A stretch of DNA of 59,549 bases, filler included, from Sphacelaria rigidula (lineage: Eukaryota): NCBI GenBank assembly GCA_964200075.2. It is 9 parts of 9 records of this genome, joined end to end, with 100 filler letters (N's around TTAATTAATTAA, not from the genome) between each part and the next. Parts side by side here need not be neighbours in the genome. Positions count along the whole stretch, not along the records: positions 33,141 to 39,668 come from CAXNAA020019538.1; positions 39,769 to 46,295 come from CAXNAA020019539.1; positions 46,396 to 52,922 come from CAXNAA020019540.1; 6 more parts are not named here. One strand, given 5' to 3'. Of the stretch, positions 36,713-49,216 are shown in pieces (positions within the stretch are counted from its first letter, which is position 1; each line of letters opens with the position of its first letter). The notes under the pieces are model-generated. The model saw nothing but the letters and a program-made list of their open reading frames with translations, did no database searches and had not been told where the DNA came from. The position numbers and the translations under genes are program-made.

Positions 36713-39700
36713 GCATTCGGCATATACAGCAAAGTACACTACATTACAACAGCAGTAGTAGTGTGCAGCAATGTCCAGTCAGACTAGTCGACTGTTTCGG
36801 TCGGTCCTGATAGTCACAAGCGCATCATGTTTGAACCTCGATCGTTACATGCGCGCTATCTTCGTCACGTATCATTGCTAATCTTTAGTACCTCATGTGT
36901 GAAAGCTCACTCAACTAGCCCGAAAATGGACAAGATAAGGTGCTACTAGATGACAACCTGCGGCAGCACGCACAATGAAAAGTATCCAGGTGTACAGCAC
37001 GCCGCAAGAGTCCATGTTCACTTATCGGATTTGCTGCAAGTCAGAACATCCCTCAGTTGATGACCGCAGCTTTCAAACAAGCCCACCCACGATGTTGGGG
37101 ACTTTCCCTAACGTGAGATATTCGTCACGACGCTCTGTACGGGAATAATAATACAGGTGATTTCACCATAGCTTCCGAAAGAGTGACCTGACCTATTATA
37201 AATCACGAGTGATAAATTGGAGCACCCCCGCAGTAGGAAAAAATGGGTTTTCATTCGAAGGCGGTATACTGCAAACTATAGTCGACCGCCACACAAGCCA
37301 CTAGAAACCATTGTCAGCTACAGTAACGTGGCGTCCAGGGTATGATCGCTTAAAGACATGTTTTTTACGTAAGGCCGTCGTGATGATTCGCTAGCCGGAG
37401 GATACTGATCCTCCGGGATGCAAAGTTCTTTCAGATGTATTATAGGTGAAAGCAGGTTACTGGAATTTGTTTTATTCGTTCTCAGCCCAGCTTGTGTGCG
37501 TTTTCCGAAGGTCGTTTCCCTTTTTTTACCCTTCGTTCCGACACTTCGAGAGTGCTGTACTATTCGCTGCAGTTTTGTTCAGTGTGCTGCCAGTATGCCT
37601 GCCAACTTACGCGAAGTAGTGGGCAGATACCCCGGTGTATGCTGGAAACGTTGACTACCGCCCCTCAGGATTTTTCTCTGGTGGCATTACCCGCATGTGC
37701 TTCCTTTCCCGTCTCGGCAAGTCATGGCGCGAGATCATTGCGGCACTCAGCCAAAAACATTCGCATATACAACTGTACTGTACTGTGCTGTACTGGTGCA
37801 ATAGGCGAGACCAGCAGGTTATCGGTAGGTTGCATATGAAACTTTTGCTGCGACGTACTGCACGGGGCTGCAACCTCCTACAGTGAAGTACAGCCGTGGA
37901 ACTAGGTTTGGTGATCGGTGGCGACTTCCAGCCATGTTCGTCAGTCCTCGTGTGCCAGGAATAATTTGGATTTGGAGGGAGTGCTGTTTTGTTACTTGCG
38001 TTCGGTTTGTATATGGACTGCACTTGCACTTTAAACGGGTTTGAGTGGGGTATGAGATTTTCTTGCTTGGATTCTACACTGGCCAATGAGTAGGTTGCCC
38101 CCCAAATTATCCCCTTCAGGAATTGTTGTGTGCGTGTATCTGTTGGGTGGTCTGCACTACTATAGTATCAGCTTGACGCACATGTATCAATATTGGTTGA
38201 TGTAACTCACATGTATATTTTTTCGTGATTTCCCCCAGTATCCACAAGCGAGCACCATCGAACACACTCTTTGGTTGTTTGTAGGATCCAGTTCCTGGGA
38301 GTTGAGCGAACTGCCACGATAGTAACACACTGATACTTCTCGGGTGATTGACAAATTGATATATCATGTACACATGAGGCTGAGGCTCACGTAAACCAAT
38401 TTTTTCGTTTGAATCTCCGATGTCGAAAGGGTTCACTTCACTTTGCTGTCGGCTGTTGCGCTTCAAAGCGGTCCTGCCTCAAGTAAACGCGCAACCTCAA
38501 TGCGCTTCCTCACTCAACCGAGGCTATCGTCTTCTCGCCGCACTGTTCAGGGTCGAGACACCGCTCTGCTCCCAAATCATAAGAACGCATGTTACAACGT
38601 CGCTGCAAGACCTTCGGCGAAGCCACAAGCTGAACAGCAGCGGAACTACCAACGATCCTGTGGGGTCTGCCCTTGCAACCAGAGAAACACTCCGCGCGCT
38701 AGCCACGGTGTGGCTTACGCACTCTCCGAAGACCCCACTTTTGTCTTTAAGCATCATACCAAGCATGTCAAAATTTTGGTGGATTTCTTGTTACTGGGGT
38801 ATGCTTTCATAAAAGTATCCCCTCACCCTTTCCCGTCTCCCTGCAGTACTCGTATCTTGATTGAAGAATCAGCAAGCCAGTGCGTATCTGGTTCTTCGCT
38901 GTACTGATTATTGTGAGATGCCCCATTGCAAGGGGATGGGATCGCCTTGAGTGGGAAATGGTACAAGCCGATGTCGACTGCCTGAAAGCGGATTCTTCTA
39001 GTGAATATCAAGGATATGGCCAACTTCAACAGTGTTTCCGGTGTTGAGTCGTCTCGTTAGGGCGGGTAAAGTCACGATATCTAGGTGTTCATGGTGAAGT
39101 TATCCTTTGGATCGTGTCAGCAAGTGCCGAATCAGTGAAGGGACCCCCATCCCCCCGGCGATGGTCTTTTCAACTCGACTATGTGTAGAAGCGGCACTCT
39201 GTAGTCCCGAGTAGTCGACGAGATCTTGAATGAAAAAACACAAGTTGACTGCGGAGTGGCCGGAGCACTTGTCGCGAGAACCATCCAGGTTGCCGTATTC
39301 CGTCGGCGCAGTGCGTTCGTCCGAAAAACAACATGTGCGATACTTTATAGGTCGTACAAGGGCGCTCAGAAAAAAAAAATCTGGACCTACACTACCCCCC
39401 CCCCCCTCAGCACCTCCTGATTTCAAAAACTTTTTGCTCAAACTGAACACTTATTTCTGAGCCTTTGGGGCGCCAGTGCTCAGCAAGACGTTCCCGGAAT
39501 GGTATAGACGGAGGTTTTTGTTGTTTCCGATTCTTTTTTGAGCAAACCAGTGCCAGCAACGACTTCACAGTAACTTTTGTAGACGATGCGTAGACGAATC
39601 GCAAGTGTACGTGAAGTATGTATGCAGTCGGCAAAAGTTGACAGTTGAAAAAAACAAGTTGTTACGACNNNNNNNNNNNNNNNNNNNNNNNNNNNNNNNN

Positions 39701-40912
39701 NNNNNNNNNNNNTTAATTAATTAANNNNNNNNNNNNNNNNNNNNNNNNNNNNNNNNNNNNNNNNNNNNTGAGTGAATGAATTACTTCAGTTCCGAAAGCC
39801 CCCTTCGCGAGGCCCGATATGCTTCCTGTAGTAGCTTGCCACTGAGGCCCTTGATATCCCTGAGTAGGATATCGACATGTAGCTGTTAGCACAAGCCAGT
39901 GATGAAGGCGAAGAAAAGCACACACTGAATGAAACAATGGCCAAGTGAGAGCAAATGATCGAAGCCGCTGTCAATCAACGCTGTACTTTCAATCTCACGA
40001 AAACGTTGCTTCGCAACAACAACGGGTAGCGGTAGCTCGTTCATGAAACTGACTGCTGCATGTTTGTAGCATGTTTCCTGAATGGTCTGAATAAGGGAAG
40101 GGGCGAGGAGCAGTCCCCAAATTGGCACCACAAACGGACAGAGCCCGATACAGTACACACAAGACTCTTGTGCTGTCATGGAAACGACGTAGAAGGGATC
40201 AACTTCCCCCAACCCGTAGCCCGACAAAACACGAAGCACCCCCTCTGACATGCAGCAACACCGTTTGTCGCGCAGAAACATTACAACGTGAGACCATCAG
40301 CTGTGGTGGAGATGAATTCACGCGAATGTTTTTGTAAGAAACTAAACGCCAACCTTATCCACGGACGTCCTGAATACCAAGGAGTACTCTACCCCTCCTG
40401 CACAAGGCATGACAGCGTTGCGTATACAACTAAATAGAAACAGATCCACACTCCAACGCCCCCCCTGATCACCGCTGCCTTTGATTCCTCGGTGCACCTT
40501 CACATCAACCCGGACCGCCCAGTCCCTCGATTGAAGCACGCCCATGCTTTTTTTCTGGCACGGCCGGCATATCCTCTTATCCTGCGATCTCGATCATGTT
40601 CGACACCAGATGGAAACATTTGCGTATCCCTGAGAGTGGCTGTTATCAAGACCGACTGCGATCAATACGACCGACAAACTCCACTAGTAAGACTGGAAAA
40701 TATTTCAACCCACGTCGATCCGACGACCGCCAGCAACTGGCTGAACGGGTCAAAATTGTCGTTGTAAAACACACAAGAAATGCCAGCAACTCATCAAAAA
40801 CGGGCCTAGAATTGGGCAATTAACAAATAGACAATTCCCCCGAACTGGCGTAATTGCTGATGCTTTTGCTACAGTTCGCAGACCAAACGCACCAATTCAA
40901 GTGTACCACTGG

Positions 40913-42184
40913 TTAAACCCCTCCATCGTTAAGGTTAAGCCTCCCCATGTCCAACCCCCTCGCAGCGCCATCACCCCCATCACCACCGCCGCCCAACATA
41001 CCCGTTCGCCGAAGCCCCGCCACACCCTGCTGCCACGGAGCACCGCCTTGTCCCTCCTGACCCTGCGAAGCGCCTCCCACAGTCCCAGCTGCGCCACCGC
41101 CGCTCACATTTCCCGCAGTCATCAGTCCCGTGCTCCTGAGCTTCCCGGCCGTCGTTTGCCAACTAGGCCGTTGTTGCTGACTTCGCGCCGCCGGGGCAGC
41201 AGCGCTTTCCGCCGTTTGCTGGTGCTGTGATCGTGGTAAGCCCTGCCACTGACCGGCTACGGCATGGGATGAGGATGTCTGGTGCGGGGTAGGTCTCACT
41301 CCAAGCGCGGCCGCCGCCGAAGTGAGCTGCTGCGGAGGGGCGGGCTGCTGCACTTGCTGTTGTGGTTGCGGCGTTTCTCGCAATCGACTGCCTAGCCCTG
41401 TCTTTTTTAGGCCACCCAGGGCGGAGTGGAATTCTCGAGTATCAGCGTTGACAATCTCCTGTCCTTCCTGCACGTACTCCACTGTCTGGTGGGGTTGTTG
41501 GGGAGGGGGGTGATGTGTAACCCGCGGCGGCGGTGGCGGACCGCCGGAGCCACCAGGCACTGCACGTCGCCCTTGCCCCGAGAAAACGCCCCCCCCTACA
41601 TCGGAGGGCTTGAAGCCCGTCTGACGCAGGCCACCGACGGCGGCAGCTAGGTCCACCCCCCCGATTCCCACTCTAACAACTTCGGTGGGCACCCAATCCG
41701 GTTGCGAGGTTTCACCTTCATGACCAGCTTGTTGCTGTGGCTGGGAATGTTCGGCTGCCGATGACGTTTGGTATTGGGGCGGGGGCGCCTGTGACTGTTG
41801 AGCGTGGGGTTGTTGGGAATGACGGGACGATTGACTCGGAGCGTTGGATTGGTGTTGCTGGTGAGCCGGCGGTGGGGGTTGCTGCTGCTGTAGCTGTTGC
41901 TGGGGCTGTGAAGGCGCTAGCTGTTGCGTCTGTTGTGGCAATGGCAGTTGTTGCTGTTGTTGCTGATGCGGTGGCTGGGCAGGTTGTTGCTGCTGAGGGT
42001 TGAAAGATTGCTGGGGATGTTGCTGCTGTTGTTGGGGATATGGTTGCGATAGTTGATGGGATTGCTGCTGACCCTGATACTGCTGTTGTCCCTGGAGAAT
42101 TTGCTGACGTTGACCTTGGTACGGTTGTTGTTGCTGTTGTTGTTGAGGCTTGTACGGATTCGGCTGCCCTCGGTATTGCTGTTG
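40913..42184 (-). CDS. ENTH/epsin-like protein, probable last exon (Gln/Pro-rich, four L-[RK]-x-T-G motifs)
   Basis: CATCAG| acceptor, phase 0, in frame with the 40913-42355 ORF; TAA at 40913. The acceptor may be off by a few codons. Confidence 0.75.
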   Translation of the reverse strand, partial: QQQYRGQPNPYKPQQQQQQQPYQGQRQQILQGQQQYQGQQQSHQLSQPYPQQQQQHPQQSFNPQQQQPAQPPHQQQQQQLPLPQQTQQLAPSQPQQQLQQQQPPPPAHQQHQSNAPSQSSRHSQQPHAQQSQAPPPQYQTSSAAEHSQPQQQAGHEGETSQPDWVPTEVVRVGIGGVDLAAAVGGLRQTGFKPSDVGGGVFSGQGRRAVPGGSGGPPPPPRVTHHPPPQQPHQTVEYVQEGQEIVNADTREFHSALGGLKKTGLGSRLRETPQPQQQVQQPAPPQQLTSAAAALGVRPTPHQTSSSHAVAGQWQGLPRSQHQQTAESAAAPAARSQQQRPSWQTTAGKLRSTGLMTAGNVSGGGAAGTVGGASQGQEGQGGAPWQQGVAGLRRTGMLGGGGDGGDGAARGLDMGRLNLNDGGV

Positions 42185-42610
42185 CTGATGTTGGGAGAGT
42201 TGCGGGTAATTTATCGGTTTACGTACCGAAGCAACCACACGCACGATTGGGAGTAGCACAGGAGGGAAAGAGTGGATTGTTTCACATAATCTAGCTTCGT
42301 TGTATGGACGATGGTAGCAGCACACAAGAGTATCGCCACACGAACAACGTGTCACTTAGGACATTTTCCTGACGAGACATTCAAAAACTAACGGAAGATG
42401 GGGGATCGGCGGCGAAAGTCCAAAGCTTGAGGAGGAGGGGCGACAACACTGGAAAGCCTACAACGAAAACACCCCTTCAACAGCGAGACAAGGGGTTCGT
42501 ATCACTTATCTCAAGGAACACCGCCTGAACTCTCCCCTCTCACTTTATTCGTATCACACTTCTCAAGCACCACAGCCCGAAATCTTCCTCCTTGATGACA
42601 TACAGCGCTC

Positions 42611-42737
42611 GGGGGAAGGGGGGTGTACTCATGATCATGCATGCCATAGTCATCAGACGGGGGGGGGGGCGTACTCATTTGTTGCTTTGTTTGATCACGC
42701 ATCGCTTGCGAGACGGAGCACTGGGGGGGGGAAGGGG
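42611..42737 (-). mobile_element. Two tandem 3' stubs of the poly(C)-tailed LINE lineage in an epsin intron; further stubs at ~19717-19784, 19974-20040, 32552-32645, 46243-46295, 47800-47900, 49635-49853
   Basis: Each ends ATGAGTAC followed by a C-run. The pair is flanked by a CCCCTTCCCCC direct repeat. Confidence 0.75.
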
Positions 42738-43507
42738 CGGGAACACGTATGTTTTCGTGTTTTTCATCAACCACAGCAAAATTCTACTACGATATTCGTC
42801 CCCTTTCCCCCGACACCCAATCGACGGTTGAGACAACAAATTCTGCCGCGTGCTGGCAGTTGAACAACGGGGTCTAGAGATCAAGCAACAGAGTGCGGGA
42901 GCAGGGGAGCCACCTTTACCACCAACTTTACAATACGTGCTGGTGGTGAACCAACTTTGCAACAGTGCACCAACTTGTGATACATCCTGGTGGTGTTGTG
43001 CTTGCGCACAAATTTTATGCACATTACTGACTGTAACGGATTGCATCGTAGACTCGCTGTTCACTTCACGCAAACTAGCTGACAATGTACAACACAGGTT
43101 CGGGCAAAGGTACAAACGGTGATTTTACGACGACCAATACCTCGTACAAAACTTGCTAAATCAATCACTCATCTCAACCCCAGCCAGTCAGTGAGATTTC
43201 TACAAGCTTGTCGTGCTTGACTGACGCCTCAGCAGCCATTTTCGGTGCATGAATTGCGTATTTGCAACACATGGATGGCAGTAGTCGCTAGGCTAGCTCG
43301 TCGACCTCTCATGAAAAGACAGCCAAGTGCTCGACCGGTGGAAGGATTGCCGCAGCGCTTGAAACCACCCGTGAGATCCGCTTTGTTCCCCCGAAAGGAA
43401 GGTTGTGCCTAATGAATTACAACAACCCCCGTCGAGCGTGACACGTCTTGCAATAGACCATATGTTCCGTTTATCTGCTACATCCACTACTACTCATTAC
43501 AACTCAC

Positions 43508-43684
43508 GTGGCCCTGTGGTTGTTGCAGCTGTTGGTAGCCCTGGGGTTGCGGCTGCTGGTGGTAACCCTGGGGTTGTGGCTGCTGCTGGTAGACCTGGGG
43601 AGGCTGCTGCTGCTGGTAACCCTGGGGTTGCTGCTGCTGGTAGCCTTGCGGTTGTTGCTGTTGCTGCATCTGGCCAGGCCATTG

Positions 43685-43726
<42 letters not shown>

Positions 43727-44282
43727 ACCTTGCTGTGCTGGAGGACCGCCGCCATACTGACCATACCCCTGCTGCTGCATCCCCTGCTCCTGCACACCCG
43801 GTATACCCTGCTGTGCCTGCACACCTTGCATTGCTGGGGGTTGGGGCTGCTGACTCCACTGCTGTTCAGCTGGCTGCTGCTGATGCTGCTGCTGTGGTTG
43901 GCCGCCCGCGCCATAGCCATGGGGAACCATTTGGCCCGCCCCGACCGAACCGCTGTGATGCTGAGTAGGTATCCCCGCTGCCGTACCGCCACCCCCCCCT
44001 ATCCAGCCGCCACTCGGCGCAGCAGCACTTTGTTGTTGATGACCGTTCTGGTAGTGTTGCGGGTTGAACACAAACGACGAGAAATCATTTCCGCCGCCGC
44101 CAGAGGTTTGAGGAAAGGGGTCTCCCGACAGAAGATCAGGCTTACCGGACTTGTGACCTGCGGGTGAGTTCTTGGCGAGAGAGGAAGTCTCGTCCATTCT
44201 CATGGAGCTGCTACTCTTGCGCGCCCCGTGGTTGTCTGAGGTAGAGCTTCGGTTGGTGCCACCCGTGCTGTCGTTGCTGCGC
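43508..44282 (-). CDS. ENTH/epsin-like protein, internal exon (DLL/DPF motifs, polyQ)
   Basis: TTTCCCGCAG| acceptor and CAC|GTGAGT donor; contains KPDLLSGDPF; phases 2/0 are consistent. Confidence 0.85.
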
Positions 44283-44494
44283 CTGCGGGAAAGCAGCAAA
44301 AATGTAGATAAAAGTAGTCTTGCGAACCACATCACACTGGTCGAACAACCTCGTCGTCTCACATTGATGGTACAAACTATTCAGACCGACCGCGCGGAAA
44401 GGTTCTCGGTCAAGGTGATGTGAAAAAGGGCCACACAGGTAGCACACAAGCCGAATATCAACCAGCCAACCAGCCAACCTCCAAACCTACGCTC

Positions 44495-44526
<32 letters not shown>

Positions 44527-44528
<2 letters not shown>

Positions 44529-44992
44529 CCGCTCGCCTTCTGCCAGCGCCGCAGCCTCCCGCCTCTCCTGCTCTTGATACTGGCTCAACCGTCCGCTGTA
44601 CCCTTCCCTTCCAGAATCAAAATCAATCTTATCGCTGCCGGTCGAAAGATTGCGTCTATGATCATGCGCCCCCCCAACCGCCCGGGGGAGCACAGCAGGA
44701 GGGGGAGGACTACGATCGTAACCGGCCGACCATTCATCCCCAGCATAACCACCGCCACCGGGGACATCCTTCCCTGGTCTATCCCAGTCACGAGAGCTGC
44801 TGCTTGAGTGGAACTCCCGAGCACTGCTGCTAGAGGGGTCGGGCACCGAGGCAGGGGCGGAACCGCCGGTGCTGCCGCTGCCGCCGTCATAGATGGTGTA
44901 CTGGTTTTTGAGATCTCGGGTTCTCAGGCGCTCCGCGCGGATGCGGTCTGGGTTGCCCAGGAGGTCTACCAGATCATGAGCTTTCTCGCGTA
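44527..44992 (-). CDS. ENTH/epsin-like protein, internal exon (end of ENTH domain)
   Basis: TTCAG|TA gives VREKAHDLVDLLGNPDRIRAER (ENTH VREKA...LL...R-x2-ER); donor GAG|GTGTGT. Confidence 0.88.
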
Positions 44993-45487
44993 CTGAATTG
45001 GGGGATACGTTCGTGAAGCAGACAGTGAGTCCATGGTGAGAGCGTTTTCAGGCAGAGGGCAAAGGAGTGACCATTAAGTCAAGCGTTTGGCCTGTCATCA
45101 GTCGTACGCGCTGCGGGCGATATCACTGGCAAGCGAACATATTACATACTCTAAGATACATCGTGCCCAGGCAGAAGAGCGCGATACACACTACAACATG
45201 CTTGCGATCAAACGCCCTCACAAGAAGATCGTGTGGGCAAACTGTCCTGTCAGCTGCTGCGTGCTCTCCGCGGCTTGACACGCTGGCCCTCCTCTTGCTC
45301 TCTCCTCCTGTTCTTAATTTTGCGCTGTGTTTATTTCCTTTGTGTGCCGCATTAGCCTCTTGCATCCTTTCTCACACACAGAACTTTTGCGGCTGATAGT
45401 TTCGGCGTTTCTGCCTGGTGGACAACCTATCCACAAGGCAGCCAGACAATCAAGGGCAGAAGTGAACGAGTTCACCAGGTATCGCAC

Positions 45488-45696
45488 CTGCGCGTCCGCG
45501 GTCCACATTTCCCTCCAGGTACCTAAATTCAGTGAGGCCCCTGATCTCGTGCACGTGCTGTTGGACATCGCTGACAATCCTCTCCGCGCCGTGCATGAGC
45601 AGGTGGTCTATCAGAACTAGGCCTTTGGTGATCGATCTCCAGTTGCGACCCGGGCCGTCGATCGTCTTCCAAAGCAAGCGTGTGACCACGCTGTAC
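45488..45696 (-). CDS. ENTH/epsin-like protein, internal exon (ENTH core); upstream exons lie outside the contig
   Basis: LLWKTIDGPGRNWRSITKGLVLIDHLLMHGAERIV...LTEFRYLEGNVDRG matches the epsin motif GKNWRHVYKA-x2-L-x2-YL-x3-GSERV; canonical splice sites. Confidence 0.92.
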
Positions 45697-46958
45697 CTGC
45701 ACAAAAACAACACATCGATGGAAATGGGTGTTTGTTTGCGTCACTGAACCATCGGTCGTGTGTTCTGTGGTGCTCAAGGGATCTGGAATTGGGGTGTACG
45801 GTACGCCGGATAATGAGGGAGGTTCACGCCAGCTCATCGAGAACTCACGGATAGCAGACGCGTGTTTCTCTTCAACTTTTACCGTAACTGCAAGCCTAAC
45901 TACAACCCAAGGGAGCGGGAAAACCTAAGGCCAACAGGGGGTACATCGGGTGCACGACGAAAAACGTGAGTTCGGTAAATTTCAAAATCGGCGCCTGCGG
46001 TGAAGATTCGGACAAGAGGGCGCGCTGCACGAGGTTTGGAGCACTCGGGACTGCCAGACTACGATCAAGGTCCGAGTTCTAGTGGACTGCTTGATTATTG
46101 GTTTATCGCTCATTGGTTGTCCCACAATAACTGGTCCGTTGGGAATCCGAACATGGCGTACAAGATTGACGCCACCGAGGTCAAACACGGACACACTCAC
46201 TAATGAGGGAAACTCAAAGGGGGAGAATAAAACAGTGTGAAGTGGGTGTACTCATGATCACACATGCCATAGTCATACGACCATTGACCTCGCATNNNNN
46301 NNNNNNNNNNNNNNNNNNNNNNNNNNNNNNNNNNNNNNNTTAATTAATTAANNNNNNNNNNNNNNNNNNNNNNNNNNNNNNNNNNNNNNNNNNNNGGTAC
46401 ACAAGTGTGTTCATACTACACCTGTAGGAACTGGATCGCATAGAAACTGATCTGTCCGACGTGTGAAAGATTCCATACAGTACGCAGCAAAATTCTTTGT
46501 ACAGAGTAATCTAGTGTCGCTATCCAGGTTGTGCTATCCTATGACCACGGCGGAGTCCCGCCCGGGTCAGTTCACGTACGTCAATCAATCAATGAATCTA
46601 TCAATCAAAGCGACCAAACGATGCCGTATGAAAATAGACTCCCGACTGTGCTATACTTCACTACCTGTGTTGAACAATAACGCACGTCGGACATCCAATG
46701 AGTTACCTGAATATTGCTTCTTATTCGTGCACTGATCCGGATCATGACCTAGCTCATTTGGCCCCTTTTCCCCCATATTTGCTCCCCACAGTAATGAACG
46801 CCGAGCACGCGGAGTAGTACAAAGGTGGCGCTCTGACTTCTCGGACTCGGCTTTCACGTATCTTGTGTTCGTGGACAACGGATGTGAGAGGCCTCTTCGA
46901 TTCGTTATTTTAATTCGCTCCTGGGATGTCCGACGTCTCAACACTTATTATATTTATA

Positions 46959-47484
46959 CTGCCTCTGTCCCATAAGTAAATGTACCTAAATTTGTATGGG
47001 CCCTTAACGATGTCCGATTTTTTTTTAATGAACTGTACGGTGCTTTTTGGGTTGAGAAAATGTGTTTAAAATTTGCAGCTCGTGCTTGAACCATGCCGCC
47101 GAACGCCTGCAAAAAAAGTAGTCGGCCCAAAAATGGCCGTTTTTTGCCCTTTTCCGAGGGGAAAAAAAGTGTCATTTTTTTTCGAGTTTTTAAAAATCGC
47201 GTGGGATTTCCTGGCAGCAAGCCCCAGTGAAGGCGGGGGCGATCATAAATGAAATAAAAAAATCGGCATTTTTTTTCCCTTCGAAAAGGGGCTAAAAACG
47301 GCCATTTTTTGGGCCGACTACTTTTTTTGCAGCCGTTCCGCGGCATGGTTCCAGCACGAGCTGCAAATTTAAACACATTTTCTCAACCCAAAAAGCACCG
47401 TACAGTGCATTTAAAAAAAAAACGATCGGACATCGTTAAGGGCCCGTACAAATTTAGGTACCTTTACTTATGAGACAGAGAAAG
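46959..47484. mobile_element. Stowaway-like (Tc1/mariner) MITE with ~220-bp TIRs
   Basis: TA|CTGCCTCTGTCCC ... GAGACAGAGAAAG|TA, close to the Stowaway CTCCCTCCGTCCC consensus; arms are highly complementary. Confidence 0.88.
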
Positions 47485-47900
47485 TATTATGATCCATAAA
47501 GTCACCCGGCCTTGGCTACGGTCTCCGAGAAGTTACAGCGGGTGCGAGTAGTGCCTCTGTCGAGTTACATTGGCACGAGAAAAGAGCAACACTGCGTGTG
47601 ACTCGTGACTAGTTCAAGGGGACAAACATACTCTCTTTTTTCAACCCTTTCGACCGTTGGGCTGGATTAACAAACTGCTGTCGGTCTCGAGATTCATTTT
47701 CCAATCGAAAACTTTGCCGATTCGACTTCACGAGGATATGGCAAACATCATGGTCAACCTTTTCCCCGTCACCTTCCCCACCCCCCCCTCCCGCACTCAT
47801 GGTACGTCGAAAACCCGACATGCTCCATTCCGGCTTCGTAGGGATGTGAGGTCAACGGTTTTTTCACTACGGCACGCAGAACCATGGGTACAATACCCCC

Positions 47901-49216
47901 GAGAAGGCGCTAAAATACACTAGGAAATGGAGAGTGACAGTAAACGTTACCAAATAAAATGCGCGGTACTTATCTGTCACGGAGATAGGAAAAATGCGGT
48001 AGAGTTCAAATGGAAGTGGGGAGAAGAGTAATTGCCGATCGTAGACCAACATATATACCTTGGCGCGAGGATCTAAAAAAGCTATTCTCGGGATATACAC
48101 ATACATGAAGTAATAGAAGAGGGCAAGGCACAGATAGGCAGGATGGACATGATCCTCAGAGTCTAGCACCTAGGTACTAGGATCACGAGATGTATCCTGA
48201 TAGACGTAATTGCACCAAAGTTGGAGTATGCAGAAATATGGGAGGGGAACGCGAGGTTGGTGAAGAAGCTGAAAACAGTACAGATGGCAGCAGCGAAGAA
48301 AATACTTGGATGCTCGAAAACGACGAGTAATACAGCATTGAGAGCACCATTGGGAATGTACCCACTTGAAACGAATAGACATGAGAAACTTGAAATGGCA
48401 ATATAGCGTAATGAACAGGCAGAGGAAGAGATTGCCAGCCATGGTTGATTGGGTCGTATGGAAGCAAATGACGAAGGGACAGGCTGGAATAAGGTGGGAT
48501 AGAGTAGTCGAGAAATTATGGGAGGAGAAGAAAGGACACCAAGACGAGATAATGTCCGTAGATGAAGGCGGCGGGTACAAGACAAGAATTGGAGACATGA
48601 TGAAAATAAAGGCAAAAGAAACTCGAAGACGGAAAATAGACGAGGAAGAGCACCTGAAGATATTCGGCGGGTTGAGAGAGGGGATAGGGATCAAAACATA
48701 TCTGCATGACCCAATCGACTCCGCGAAAAATTGAAACAGCGGTTTCGGGTGGGAGACCTGGGCCTACCGAAAAATAAAAACAGATTTACCAGTAGTCGAG
48801 TGGAGGAGGAAGTAGATACACAGAATAATTGCCCCTGTGGCAAAGCAACAGAGTATAACTTATATAGTGGCAGAAAGTGAACTATATAAGGAGGAGCGGG
48901 ACGTGCTAGAGGGGGGAAAATGTGGGACGTGAACGAAGACAGCATAAAAACGTTTGATGCGTTAGAGAGTAGCGAAAAAATGATGGCTATACTAGGAGAC
49001 AGAGGGTCGCCATGGACGGTGAAACAGGACGGGGATAAGATATTGGAAGGTGTTTATGTGATGTATGGAGAAACGTGATGGGCGCCGAAATGTCGGAGGT
49101 GTCTCTATAAGTAGTAGGAACGGTGCTCCGTCTTGAAAGGGATGCGTGGTCAATGGTCAAACGACTAAGGCAAGCAACAAATGAGTACCCCCCCCCCCCC
49201 CCCCCTTCCCCCCCCG
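47901..49216 (+). pseudogene. 5'-truncated, decayed non-LTR retrotransposon (LINE) ORF2: end of RT, C-terminal region with zinc-knuckle remnant, poly(C) tail
   Basis: Frames with stops and frameshifts give KWRVTVNV..KCAVL, LPIVDQHIYLG, PKLEYAEIW, KILGCS, LRAPLGM and CPCG. Ends GCVVNGQTTKASNK*-GTA-C(n). Confidence 0.85.

Noticed and set aside
37900..39330. Possible decayed coding sequence; similar stretches at 1560-2900, 26700-28700 and 55150-55550
   Set aside because: No motif could be recognised in any frame by eye; a translated profile search is needed.
43405..44167. Poly-Ala, poly-Leu and poly-Ser ORFs
   Set aside because: They are alternative frames and antisense readings of the CAG-rich epsin exon.
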